64,000 nt of DNA from a virus, in IMG/VR virus record IMGVR_UViG_3300026488_000001, positions 24,756-88,755 of that record; one strand, 5' to 3'. Made by a program: the position numbers and the translations under genes. Of the stretch, positions 1 to 8,836 are shown piece after piece (the first letter of the stretch is position 1; every line of letters starts with the position of its first letter). The notes under the pieces were generated by a model. The model did not search any database, was not told where the DNA came from, and worked only from the letters and a program-made list of their open reading frames with translations.

Positions 1-52
1 TTTCTAAGTAAGTTTACTTTAGTTTAAAAAAATGTTAAAAAGGAGGTGTAAG

Positions 53-415
53 ATGACTAGAAAAGTTGATGAACTCAGAAAAGTACTTGAGAGAATTGAT
101 GAAAGTCTTGAGTCAAAGGTAAGGGAGTTTAAGACATTACTTGAAAAGTATAACGGGCTTTATGAAGAGAATGTGTATGGGGAAGAACTCTATTCAATAG
201 AGTATAGTAAACACTCTGACTATGCAAAAATAGAAGGGAAGGTGTTTCACCAGACTTGGGAGGGAGACTATGATTTTAAGAAAGGTGAGTTTCGTTTATG
301 GAAAATCTGGTTAAATGGTCAAGACCTTTATGAAGGAAAAGAAGCAATTGAGAAAGGTATTGAGTTAATAAAGTTTTGGGAAGATATTTACAATATTGGG
401 AAAAAGAGAAAATAA
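53..415 (+). CDS. hypothetical early protein
   Basis: ORF track 32..415; SD AGGAGGT precedes ATG at 53, so start moved there. Confidence 0.7.
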   Translation: MTRKVDELRKVLERIDESLESKVREFKTLLEKYNGLYEENVYGEELYSIEYSKHSDYAKIEGKVFHQTWEGDYDFKKGEFRLWKIWLNGQDLYEGKEAIEKGIELIKFWEDIYNIGKKRK

Positions 416-528
416 AAGAATGGAGTGTTAGTATTTCTCTTGTAAAGTTTCCTTTGTTAGAAGTTCACTCTTAAGGACAAATTAGTTTATAAGATAAATA
501 AAGACATTAACAGAATGAGAGGTGCGAG

Positions 529-807
529 ATGAAAGAGATAGTCACTCCATTTTGGAGATCTTGTCCTGATTGTTATGGGTATGGTGGTTATGAAGATGTT
601 ATGATTGATTATATATCAGCAATAGATAAACTAAGAGAGTATCCAGAATTTGTTGAATGTGAAAGATGTAAAGGCGATGGAGTAATAAAAGTAAGAGCAA
701 AGGTGAAATATAAATCTTTTCAAGTTCCAAAAATTAGAGATTCTAATTTCGTTTACAAAGCTATTCCTACTGCTTTATCTGAAATTGAATTTGAAACTAC
801 AATTTAA
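529..807 (+). CDS. small protein with DnaJ-type CxxCxGxG zinc-finger motifs
   Basis: CPDCYGYG and CERCKGDG; SD GAGGTG. Confidence 0.7.
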   Translation: MKEIVTPFWRSCPDCYGYGGYEDVMIDYISAIDKLREYPEFVECERCKGDGVIKVRAKVKYKSFQVPKIRDSNFVYKAIPTALSEIEFETTI

Positions 808-818
808 GGAGGTAAGGG

Positions 819-1307
819 ATGAGAAAATTATTTGGATTTGGAGTTTTAGCAGAAGAGTATAATGATAAGGTTTATCTTTATGCTAATGATTATCCTTTTA
901 TTCAAGATTATGATGAAGAAGTTAAAGTTTCCTATAACTTATCGGAAATAGGATGGATAAATAAAGATACAAAACACGCATTTTTATATCGAGAGTGTTT
1001 TTATATTATCCCCATACTGTTAGAGTATGGGGTAAGTTTAGTTGAGTTCAAAATAAAGTTTGATGTTGAGAAATGGAGGAAGTTGGGGTTTAAACCTTTT
1101 GTTTATTCTACTCTTATTAGAAAAGAACAAGAGTATGAAATAAAAATTGAAGCTCATACGGATGATATACTTGATATTGTTAAATTTATTGCTAAGTATG
1201 TTTATGGAGAAATCCTTAAACCGAATTCATTATCAGCTTATCCAGAAGACGGAGAATATTCTTTTATAGCCAAATTTGAAACTATAAGGGAGGTACAAAA
1301 TGGCTAA
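819..1307 (+). CDS. hypothetical protein
   Basis: ORF with SD AGGAGGT. Confidence 0.7.
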   Translation: MRKLFGFGVLAEEYNDKVYLYANDYPFIQDYDEEVKVSYNLSEIGWINKDTKHAFLYRECFYIIPILLEYGVSLVEFKIKFDVEKWRKLGFKPFVYSTLIRKEQEYEIKIEAHTDDILDIVKFIAKYVYGEILKPNSLSAYPEDGEYSFIAKFETIREVQNG

Positions 1308-1737
1308 AGCAGAAATCTTTGTTAAGGTTATGTATGATGTAGGAAGTATTGAAGTTAAGTTGGAGTCTTGGAAAGACTATATAGGATTAATCAATGGATT
1401 TTTCAATTCAAATAATTACTTTCTTTTTGAAACAGAAGGAGAAAGGAATTTTGTTTCACTTAAAGGAGTGAAAGCTATTTTTGTAACTTCAACTTCTTCA
1501 GTTGAATTTAAAGAAAATCTTACAGTTGTTTTTGAGACAGGAGAAATTGAGCAAATACCTATTCAAGGTAGGCAATATATGAACAAGTTTTGGGAAAGGT
1601 TTAATAAACTTCAATCTTCAATCCTTGATTTCGATCAAGCCCATTCTGTTCCAGCTATTATTGATTTGAATTCAGTATTTCATATTGTTGAAGGAGAACT
1701 GGAGAATGAATTTGATTTTGAAGAAATAAATCTTTAA
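1300..1737 (+). CDS. hypothetical protein
   Basis: ORF with SD GGAGGT, overlapping the upstream stop. Confidence 0.7.
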   Translation: MAKAEIFVKVMYDVGSIEVKLESWKDYIGLINGFFNSNNYFLFETEGERNFVSLKGVKAIFVTSTSSVEFKENLTVVFETGEIEQIPIQGRQYMNKFWERFNKLQSSILDFDQAHSVPAIIDLNSVFHIVEGELENEFDFEEINL

Positions 1738-1752
1738 CTGGAGGTTAATAAT

Positions 1753-2769
1753 ATGAAATTAAAGTATATAAAGAAAATAGCAAAAAGAGAGATTTATAAT
1801 TATTCTCCTGTAAAAGGGTTTGTAGAGTTATGGGATTTTTCTTTATCTAATCTTAATCAAGAATCAAGAGAAGAAGCTGTATCAGTAGTAGCATCAATCA
1901 GCTATGGTAATGAAATGGCTAAAAATCCTAAAAAACTTTGGAACTTTCTTATTAAGAGAGGACACAAAAGTCCATTTGAATTTATTAGATTTCCTGAAGA
2001 TGATTTAAATGGATTTGAAGATTATAGTATAAGTGAGAGTTTGAGGAATAGTGATTTTATTACATATGAAGAATTTTTGAAAGGTAATTCTTTGATAAGT
2101 TTAGATGATTTAGTCAAAATACATAAACAAACGATAGCTGTTTTTAAAATTAAAGTTCCTCTTTTTGTAAGAAGTCAATACCATCGCCATAGATGTTGTT
2201 CATATTTAGAACTTTCTCGTAGGTATGTAAAGCCTGATAAAGTAGAATTTGAGTTTTGGGGTATAATGGACTTACCTTCTCAATTGAACTATGAGATAGA
2301 TGTTTTAATAGAAAAAGCTGAAAAGGTATATAAAGGATTGGTTAAATTAGGATATAAACCAGAAGTAGCTCGTTCTGTATTACCTCAATCTCTTTATACT
2401 ATATTTTGGGTAATGAAAGATTACAAATGTGCAAGGAATTTTTATGTAGAAAGATACTCAAAACAAGCTCAAGAACAAATAAGAGAAGTAGCTAAAGCAA
2501 AACTTGAACTTTTATATAAATATCAACCTGAATTTTTAGGTCAATATGTTGAAGTTGTAGGAGATGATAAGTTAGGTTTATATGATAAAGGAGGATTTAC
2601 TATTAAAATTTTAGATATTCAAGATAAATATAAGCAAATGCAAAGTAATGGTTGGAATAAAGATGCTAAGTATGTTTATGTAGAGTATGGAGATAAAGAT
2701 TATTATGCAAGATTTAATTTGGAAGTAGGGTTGTTTGATGAGAAAATTCTTAAAGAGGAGGTAAAGTAA
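1753..2769 (+). CDS. thyX: flavin-dependent thymidylate synthase
   Basis: ThyX motif RHRxxSxxxxSxRY (RHRCCSYLELSRRY); GHKSPFE; EVARSVLP. Confidence 0.9.
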   Translation: MKLKYIKKIAKREIYNYSPVKGFVELWDFSLSNLNQESREEAVSVVASISYGNEMAKNPKKLWNFLIKRGHKSPFEFIRFPEDDLNGFEDYSISESLRNSDFITYEEFLKGNSLISLDDLVKIHKQTIAVFKIKVPLFVRSQYHRHRCCSYLELSRRYVKPDKVEFEFWGIMDLPSQLNYEIDVLIEKAEKVYKGLVKLGYKPEVARSVLPQSLYTIFWVMKDYKCARNFYVERYSKQAQEQIREVAKAKLELLYKYQPEFLGQYVEVVGDDKLGLYDKGGFTIKILDIQDKYKQMQSNGWNKDAKYVYVEYGDKDYYARFNLEVGLFDEKILKEEVK

Positions 2770-3200
2770 CGGAACTTACACAATTTTTAACAGGAGAAAT
2801 ACAAGATATACAAATTTCTTTTGAAGAAAGATTTGAAAAATTTAAAGCATCTATTCTCTTTGAAAATGGAGATTTGGAGTTAGTTTTGACACCTTCTGAT
2901 TTTATTATTTTTATGGATAGAATTATGACTATTTCTGATTATGTAGAACTTATATCTCATTTAGAAGATGATGTTTTGAATTTTTATCGTATATATGGGA
3001 CAATAAAATCAGCAATTGATTATTTAGTTTCTCCTACTGAAGTAAGAACGAGAATAGTTAATGATAGATTAGTGAGGGTTTTAGGAAAATTAATTCAAGT
3101 TTTTGTTTCTAATAGATTTGGCGAACATTCTTCCATTATATGGGATTTAATTAGGAAAGGAGATATAGTTATTTTTAGAATTGAACCTATCGAAGTTTAA
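2769..3200 (+). CDS. hypothetical protein, 143 aa, with ACG in the start position
   Basis: Frame of ORF 2874..3200 is open back to ACG at 2769, 6 nt after GAGGAGGT, in a TAACG stop/start overlap. Confidence 0.55.
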   Translation, partial: TELTQFLTGEIQDIQISFEERFEKFKASILFENGDLELVLTPSDFIIFMDRIMTISDYVELISHLEDDVLNFYRIYGTIKSAIDYLVSPTEVRTRIVNDRLVRVLGKLIQVFVSNRFGEHSSIIWDLIRKGDIVIFRIEPIEV

Positions 3201-3212
3201 GGAGGTTAATAA

Positions 3213-5651
3213 ATGGTAGGGATTGAAGTTGTAAAAAGAGACGGTCGTAAAGAACCTTTCAGTATGGATAAGATTATTAAGATGTATAACTTTTGTAGGC
3301 AAGGTTTAAACATAGACAATGAACAATTTTGGAAAGAATTTCGTTTTACTCTTAAGTCTGGTATTACTACTAAAGAAATTCAACAAAATTTAATAGCTAC
3401 TGCTAACAAACTTTCAGTATCAGATAAAGAGAGAATTAAAGATTACTCTATTCTTGCTGGTAGATTTTATTTACTTGATTGGATAAAAGATATAAGGCTA
3501 CATAGAGAAAAAGAGTATGAAACTCTTACTGATGATTATGGGTTTTTTAAGAATGCTAATGATTGGATTAATCACTTGAAGAAGTATGTAGAGTTAGGTG
3601 TTTATGATGAAAGAATACTCAAAATTTCTAATGACATTCTTAGAAAACTCTATGTGTATGCTAAAAAGGTTCAGTTAGATTATGATTATAACTTCCCTTA
3701 CTTTATGTGGAATGATTTTTACTACCAGGTAGTAAAATTTTCAAAATCATATATTTTGACTTATAACAATAAACCAATAGAAACTTTTGCTGAAGCACTC
3801 CTTTTAATTTCTATTCTTGGATTTCTTCCAGACTATAAGCAAAATAAAGAATTATTTATAAACAATGTTAAACTATTTTATAGACTATTACTTGATAGAA
3901 CGATAATTCCAGCTACTCCTCAACTTTCTAACCTTAGAAGAGCTAAAGGTAATTTATCATCTTGTAATATTCTTGATATTCATGATAATCTTGAAAGTAT
4001 TATGTATTCTTTTTGGCAAGTTGCAGAAATTAGTAAAAGAGGAGGAGGATTAGGTATTTATCTTGGAGAGATAAGACCTAATGGAAGTTATATACAAGGG
4101 AATAAAGGTAAATCAGTATCAGTATTAAAGTGGTGCAAAATACTTGATGATATGTTAGATACAATAGATCAGCTTGGAAAACGTAGAGGAGCTGGTACAG
4201 TAGCTCTTCCTATATGGCATATGGATGTATTGGACTTTATGGCTATGCGTAATCCTATTGGTGAAATCAGAATGAAAATGTTTTCCCTTTATCCTCAAGT
4301 AATAATACCAGACTTGTTTATGGAGAGGGTTAAAGAGAATAGGGATTGGACATTAATAGACCATTATGAATTGAAAATAAAATATGATATTGATTTAGTA
4401 AATTGTTGGGGTAAGGAATTTGAGGAGAATTACATAAAAGCAGAAGAGTTAGTTGAACAAGGTAAAGTAAGAGGTAAAGTTTATAAGGCAAGAGAAATTT
4501 ATAGACAATTAATTAAAAATATTCTTGCATCTGGAATGCCGTATCTATTTTTTGTAGATACAGTAAATCAATACTCTCCCTTTAAGGAACAAATTAAATG
4601 TGGAAATCTTTGCGTGGAATCCTATTCCCCATTTTCTAATACAAATCCTGAAGGGAAAAAACCTGATAATAAGATAGATAACATAGGTTATGTTCATTCT
4701 TGCAATTTACTTTCCCTTAATCTACCTGTACTATATGAACGAGGAATTTTGTTTAATAACAACAAGTTAAAACAGGTAATGTCTTTAGTTGTTAGGTATA
4801 TGGATAACATATTAGATATAGCAGGTCATCCTATAAATGAAATTAAAAGACATAACCAAGATTACAGAACTTTAGGAATAGGTTTTGTAGGACTAGCAGA
4901 TTTACTCGTTAGGAAGTCAATAGACGACAATAAGCTGTATGCCTACAGGATAACTAATAGAAATATAAATAGAGATGAGTTGTTTAACTTGCTTAAGCAG
5001 ATATTCGGTAGGATAGCATTCTATTCTATTAGAACTAGTGTAGATTTGGCTAAAGAGAGAGGTAAAGCAAATAAGTGTAATGAAACTAAATGGAGTGAGG
5101 TATTTTTAGGCCAAATCCTATTTGGAGAAGATTTTGAAGTATCTTCTGCTGTTGAATTTGATGTAGATAGAGGTGAAGTTGATGAACTGGTAAAAGATAT
5201 TCAAAAATATGGGATTAGGAATACAATGCTGTTAAATGCTCCTCCCAATACATCAACATCTATCTATGCAGGAACTACTGCAAGTATTTTCCCTCCATTC
5301 AACCTTATCCAGACTGAAAAGCAATCTACTGGAGTTTATGTAGTATTTCCAAGATATATTACAGAAGGTTGGTTTTACTATGATGAGTATTCAAAATTTA
5401 CTGAACAAGATTTGTATGATGTAATTGAGATAGTTTCATTTATCCAAAAATATATAGATTCAGGAATTTCCTTTGATTATCCAATCAACATAAGAGATGG
5501 TTTCATTCCAAAAGAAGAAGTGGGTAGGATATTAGGTCAGTTTATCTATAAAGCTTGGAAAAATGGAATAAAAGCTCTTTACTACGCTAGAATAGTAGCT
5601 AAAGCAGAAGGAGAACAAACTAAAGAAGAGTGTGTAAGTTGTGCAAATTGA
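3213..5651 (+). CDS. nrdA: class I ribonucleotide reductase alpha subunit with N-terminal ATP cone
   Basis: VVKRDGRKE ATP cone; PATP, LSSC, GNLCVE, SCNL, PNTSTS, LYY and C-terminal CxxC (CVSCAN). Confidence 0.95.
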   Translation: MVGIEVVKRDGRKEPFSMDKIIKMYNFCRQGLNIDNEQFWKEFRFTLKSGITTKEIQQNLIATANKLSVSDKERIKDYSILAGRFYLLDWIKDIRLHREKEYETLTDDYGFFKNANDWINHLKKYVELGVYDERILKISNDILRKLYVYAKKVQLDYDYNFPYFMWNDFYYQVVKFSKSYILTYNNKPIETFAEALLLISILGFLPDYKQNKELFINNVKLFYRLLLDRTIIPATPQLSNLRRAKGNLSSCNILDIHDNLESIMYSFWQVAEISKRGGGLGIYLGEIRPNGSYIQGNKGKSVSVLKWCKILDDMLDTIDQLGKRRGAGTVALPIWHMDVLDFMAMRNPIGEIRMKMFSLYPQVIIPDLFMERVKENRDWTLIDHYELKIKYDIDLVNCWGKEFEENYIKAEELVEQGKVRGKVYKAREIYRQLIKNILASGMPYLFFVDTVNQYSPFKEQIKCGNLCVESYSPFSNTNPEGKKPDNKIDNIGYVHSCNLLSLNLPVLYERGILFNNNKLKQVMSLVVRYMDNILDIAGHPINEIKRHNQDYRTLGIGFVGLADLLVRKSIDDNKLYAYRITNRNINRDELFNLLKQIFGRIAFYSIRTSVDLAKERGKANKCNETKWSEVFLGQILFGEDFEVSSAVEFDVDRGEVDELVKDIQKYGIRNTMLLNAPPNTSTSIYAGTTASIFPPFNLIQTEKQSTGVYVVFPRYITEGWFYYDEYSKFTEQDLYDVIEIVSFIQKYIDSGISFDYPINIRDGFIPKEEVGRILGQFIYKAWKNGIKALYYARIVAKAEGEQTKEECVSCAN

Positions 5652-5668
5652 GATAAAGGAGGCGAGAT

Positions 5669-6256
5669 ATGAATCCAAATCAATACATAAAAACCGGTAG
5701 TGATGAGAGTTATACTTATCCTAATTTGGTTAAGATAATTATACCTTATATAGAGAAATTTAAACAAAAAATAGGTAAGGACAATATAACAATTTGGTGT
5801 CCTTTTGATTTAGAAAGGGATATTGTAGTTAACGGTATTAGATATTATCAATCAAACTATGTTAAAATTTTTAAAGAACAAGGTTATAATGTAATAGCAA
5901 GTCACATTTTAACAGGACAAGACTTCTTTGAATATGAACCTGATGAAGAATGGGATGTTATTATTTCAAACCCACCTTTTAAGAATAAAGCTCTCTTTTT
6001 TAAAAGAGCTTTGAGTTTTAATAAACCGTTTGCTTTAGTTTCAACTGCAAGTTGGTTTAATGACGGTGGTATTAATAATGTTTTTAAAGATTATCAAGAT
6101 AATTTTGCTATTATAGTGCCTAATAGAAGAGCAAAATTTTTTAATAATAAAGGAGAAGTTATAGGGAAACAACCAAGTTTTAAAGCTATTTATTATTGTT
6201 ATAAGTTTGTTGATAAAGGAATTTATTTTGTAGAACTGGAGAAGGAGGTTATGTAA
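5669..6256 (+). CDS. phage N6-adenine-type DNA methyltransferase-like protein
   Basis: IWCPFD, GQDFF and IISNPPF (NPPF catalytic motif). Confidence 0.7.
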   Translation: MNPNQYIKTGSDESYTYPNLVKIIIPYIEKFKQKIGKDNITIWCPFDLERDIVVNGIRYYQSNYVKIFKEQGYNVIASHILTGQDFFEYEPDEEWDVIISNPPFKNKALFFKRALSFNKPFALVSTASWFNDGGINNVFKDYQDNFAIIVPNRRAKFFNNKGEVIGKQPSFKAIYYCYKFVDKGIYFVELEKEVM

Positions 6257-7026
6257 TGTCTTGGAAAGACATATTTCCTCAAGAGAATAGATATTTTGAA
6301 ACTGAGAATGGTATTCTCTATTGTGAAGACTGTTTAGAAGGTATGTCTAAGTTCCCAGAAAAAATATTTGATGCTATAATAACAGACCCGCCTTATGGAA
6401 TTACTGTATGTAAATGGGATGTAGTTATTCCTTTTGAAGATATGTGGAGAGAATTAAAAAGAATAAGGAAAGAAAGAACTCCAATTGTTTTATTTGGTAG
6501 TGAACCTTTTAGTAGTTTGTTAAGGGTAAGTAATCTAAAAGAGTTTAGATATGATTGGATATGGGAAAAAGAACAAGGTGCTAATTTTATGAATGTGAAA
6601 CATCAACCATATAAAGTTCATGAAATTATAAGTGTTTTTGGAAAAAAATCTCCTAATTATTTCCCTATAATGGGAAAAGGTAAACCTTATATATCAGGTA
6701 AAGGAACTTCAGGAGAAATTACTGGTAATGTAGTAAAAATACAAACAAAAAACAAAGGCACAAGGTATCCAAGAAGCGTAATAAAGTTTAACACAGATAA
6801 AAGGGAGTCTGTTCATCCAACACAAAAACCATTAGCATTACTAGAGTATTTAATTAAAACTTATACGAATAAAGGAGATTTGGTTTTAGACTTTACTTGT
6901 GGGAGTGGAACTACATTAGTAGCTTGTGAAAAGTTAAATAGAAGATGGATAGGAATAGAAATTAATGAAAAATATTGTGAGATAGCTAAAAGAAGAATAG
7001 AGGAGGTTAGGAAAGATGGTGAGTAG
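6256..7026 (+). CDS. N4-C/N6-A DNA methyltransferase (beta class)
   Basis: DPPY before HPTQKP and LDFTCGSGTT SAM motif. Confidence 0.9.
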   Translation: MSWKDIFPQENRYFETENGILYCEDCLEGMSKFPEKIFDAIITDPPYGITVCKWDVVIPFEDMWRELKRIRKERTPIVLFGSEPFSSLLRVSNLKEFRYDWIWEKEQGANFMNVKHQPYKVHEIISVFGKKSPNYFPIMGKGKPYISGKGTSGEITGNVVKIQTKNKGTRYPRSVIKFNTDKRESVHPTQKPLALLEYLIKTYTNKGDLVLDFTCGSGTTLVACEKLNRRWIGIEINEKYCEIAKRRIEEVRKDGE

Positions 7027-8122
7027 GTTTCCACAGGTATTTAATCCAAATGGAAATGATAACTTTAGTGAATTAATTTGGACTAATGAAGTAATAGAAA
7101 AATCTACAGGGTTAGCTAACCTTAATCTCAATAAACACTCTTATGCAATAGAATGGATTAAACAAGCTATGTCTATCCTCTGGAGACCAGAGGAAATATC
7201 TATGTCTGATGATAAAAAACAGTTTGATGATTTACCTAAAGGTATAAAAGATACTTTTGAGTATGTTATATCTTTTCTAATTCTCTTAGACTCAATAGTT
7301 CCCAACAACACTTCAACATTGTTAAGAGTAATGGCTGATGAGGAAATAAAAACAGCTCTCTATTGGCATACAGCTATTGAGTCCCTCCACAGAGAATCTT
7401 ACCAGTATATACTTAAATCAGTATTCGGAGAAGATGATAAAAAAATTAACGAAGTTTATTACAAGTTTAAGCATTTTGAACCTCTTCTTAAAAGGAATTA
7501 TGCTATAACCAGAGATTTTCAAACCCTTAATGATTTGGTTAACAAAGGAATAGTAGATGAGAATAATCTAAATCAACTTTCTTACAGACAAGAAACATTC
7601 CAAAGAGCTATTTTTAGAGCTATGGTAAATGATTTAGCTATCGAGGGAATAGTGTTCTTTACAGGGTTTAACACTTTTCATATATTTGCTTACAAGTTAG
7701 GTATTCTTCAAGGTTCTAACCAACAAATAACCCAAATTAGAAAGGATGAAACTCTCCATATTCCTTTATTTACTTACATTCTAAAAGAGTGGAGAGATAG
7801 AGGGTATTATTATAATGAAGAAGAAATTAAAGAAATATTTGGTAGAAGTGCAGAAGCAGATATTGAATTTTACACTAACTCAATAGCAGGAGAAGTTCCA
7901 TTAATGACTGAACAAAACATTAAAGATTATATTCAAACCTTAACTAATCAAAGGTTAGCTTTACTAGACATACCTCCAATATTTTCTGTTAATAGAAATC
8001 CGTTTGAAGATATAGAAAAACTCTTAACTCAAGATAAAACTTCATTTTTTGAAACTGGAGCTATTGATTATGCTCATATTCCTGTTAATGAGGAAGATAT
8101 AGATAAAATTAACTTTGATTAA
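7016..8122 (+). CDS. nrdB: class Ia ribonucleotide reductase beta subunit
   Basis: WRPEEI; ligands D (LLDS), ESLHRESY with radical Tyr, EGIVFFTGF, DETLH; C-terminal FFE...Y. Confidence 0.92.
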   Translation: MVSRFPQVFNPNGNDNFSELIWTNEVIEKSTGLANLNLNKHSYAIEWIKQAMSILWRPEEISMSDDKKQFDDLPKGIKDTFEYVISFLILLDSIVPNNTSTLLRVMADEEIKTALYWHTAIESLHRESYQYILKSVFGEDDKKINEVYYKFKHFEPLLKRNYAITRDFQTLNDLVNKGIVDENNLNQLSYRQETFQRAIFRAMVNDLAIEGIVFFTGFNTFHIFAYKLGILQGSNQQITQIRKDETLHIPLFTYILKEWRDRGYYYNEEEIKEIFGRSAEADIEFYTNSIAGEVPLMTEQNIKDYIQTLTNQRLALLDIPPIFSVNRNPFEDIEKLLTQDKTSFFETGAIDYAHIPVNEEDIDKINFD

Positions 8123-8125
8123 TTT

Positions 8126-8147
8126 GGCAGGCTTTTGCCTGCCTTTT
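8126..8147 (+). terminator. intrinsic terminator
   Basis: GGCAGGC-TTTT-GCCTGCC then TTTT just after nrdB. Confidence 0.75.
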
Positions 8148-8158
8148 AGGGGGTTATT

Positions 8159-8836
8159 ATGAGAGTAGTTCAGATAGCAGGGAGGAAAAGTTCTGGAAAA
8201 ACTTTTCTTTCTGATTTACTCTTTCATTCTTTTTCAAAAGAAGGTTATAGGATTTATAAGATTAGCTTTGCTTCTAAGTTAAAGTTTACACTTAGAAAGT
8301 TGGGTGTATCCAAATCAGGAATAGTAAAAAATTTATCTTTTGAGGATTTTTATTCAAGCTTACAAGATATATTTTTTACTTACTTTCCAAAGTATATAAG
8401 AAGTCGTTTAATAACTCAGACGATTAAATATTTTTATGAGTTAAGAGATGCTTATAACATTTTCTTTATTCAGAAAGATTTTGAGAATGGATTTAGGAAA
8501 TTAGCACAGTTGATAGGAACTGAAATAGTAAGGGAGATAGATGAAGACTTTTGGGTTAAAGAAGTAGTTAGAAGTATAAAACAAGTAGAAAAATGTGTTG
8601 ATTTTGTTTTGATAGATGACTGGCGTTTTCCTAATGAAGATTTAACTAAATATTTTCCTGAACGGAAAGTATTTAGGATTTTACTTGTAACAAAAGATGA
8701 ACAAAAAGATAATCACATTTCTGAAAACCTTGTTAATCAGTTAAGAGTGGATTTAAAAGTAGAAAGGTATGGGGATAAATATAATCCGGATTTTGAAAAG
8801 ATAATTAGGAGGGTTCGAGGTGAGGAATATACTTAG
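8159..8836 (+). CDS. deoxynucleoside monophosphate kinase (T4 gp1-like)
   Basis: P-loop IAGRKSSGKT, SFA, R..Q..GTE..R, DDWRFPNE. Confidence 0.85.
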   Translation: MRVVQIAGRKSSGKTFLSDLLFHSFSKEGYRIYKISFASKLKFTLRKLGVSKSGIVKNLSFEDFYSSLQDIFFTYFPKYIRSRLITQTIKYFYELRDAYNIFFIQKDFENGFRKLAQLIGTEIVREIDEDFWVKEVVRSIKQVEKCVDFVLIDDWRFPNEDLTKYFPERKVFRILLVTKDEQKDNHISENLVNQLRVDLKVERYGDKYNPDFEKIIRRVRGEEYT

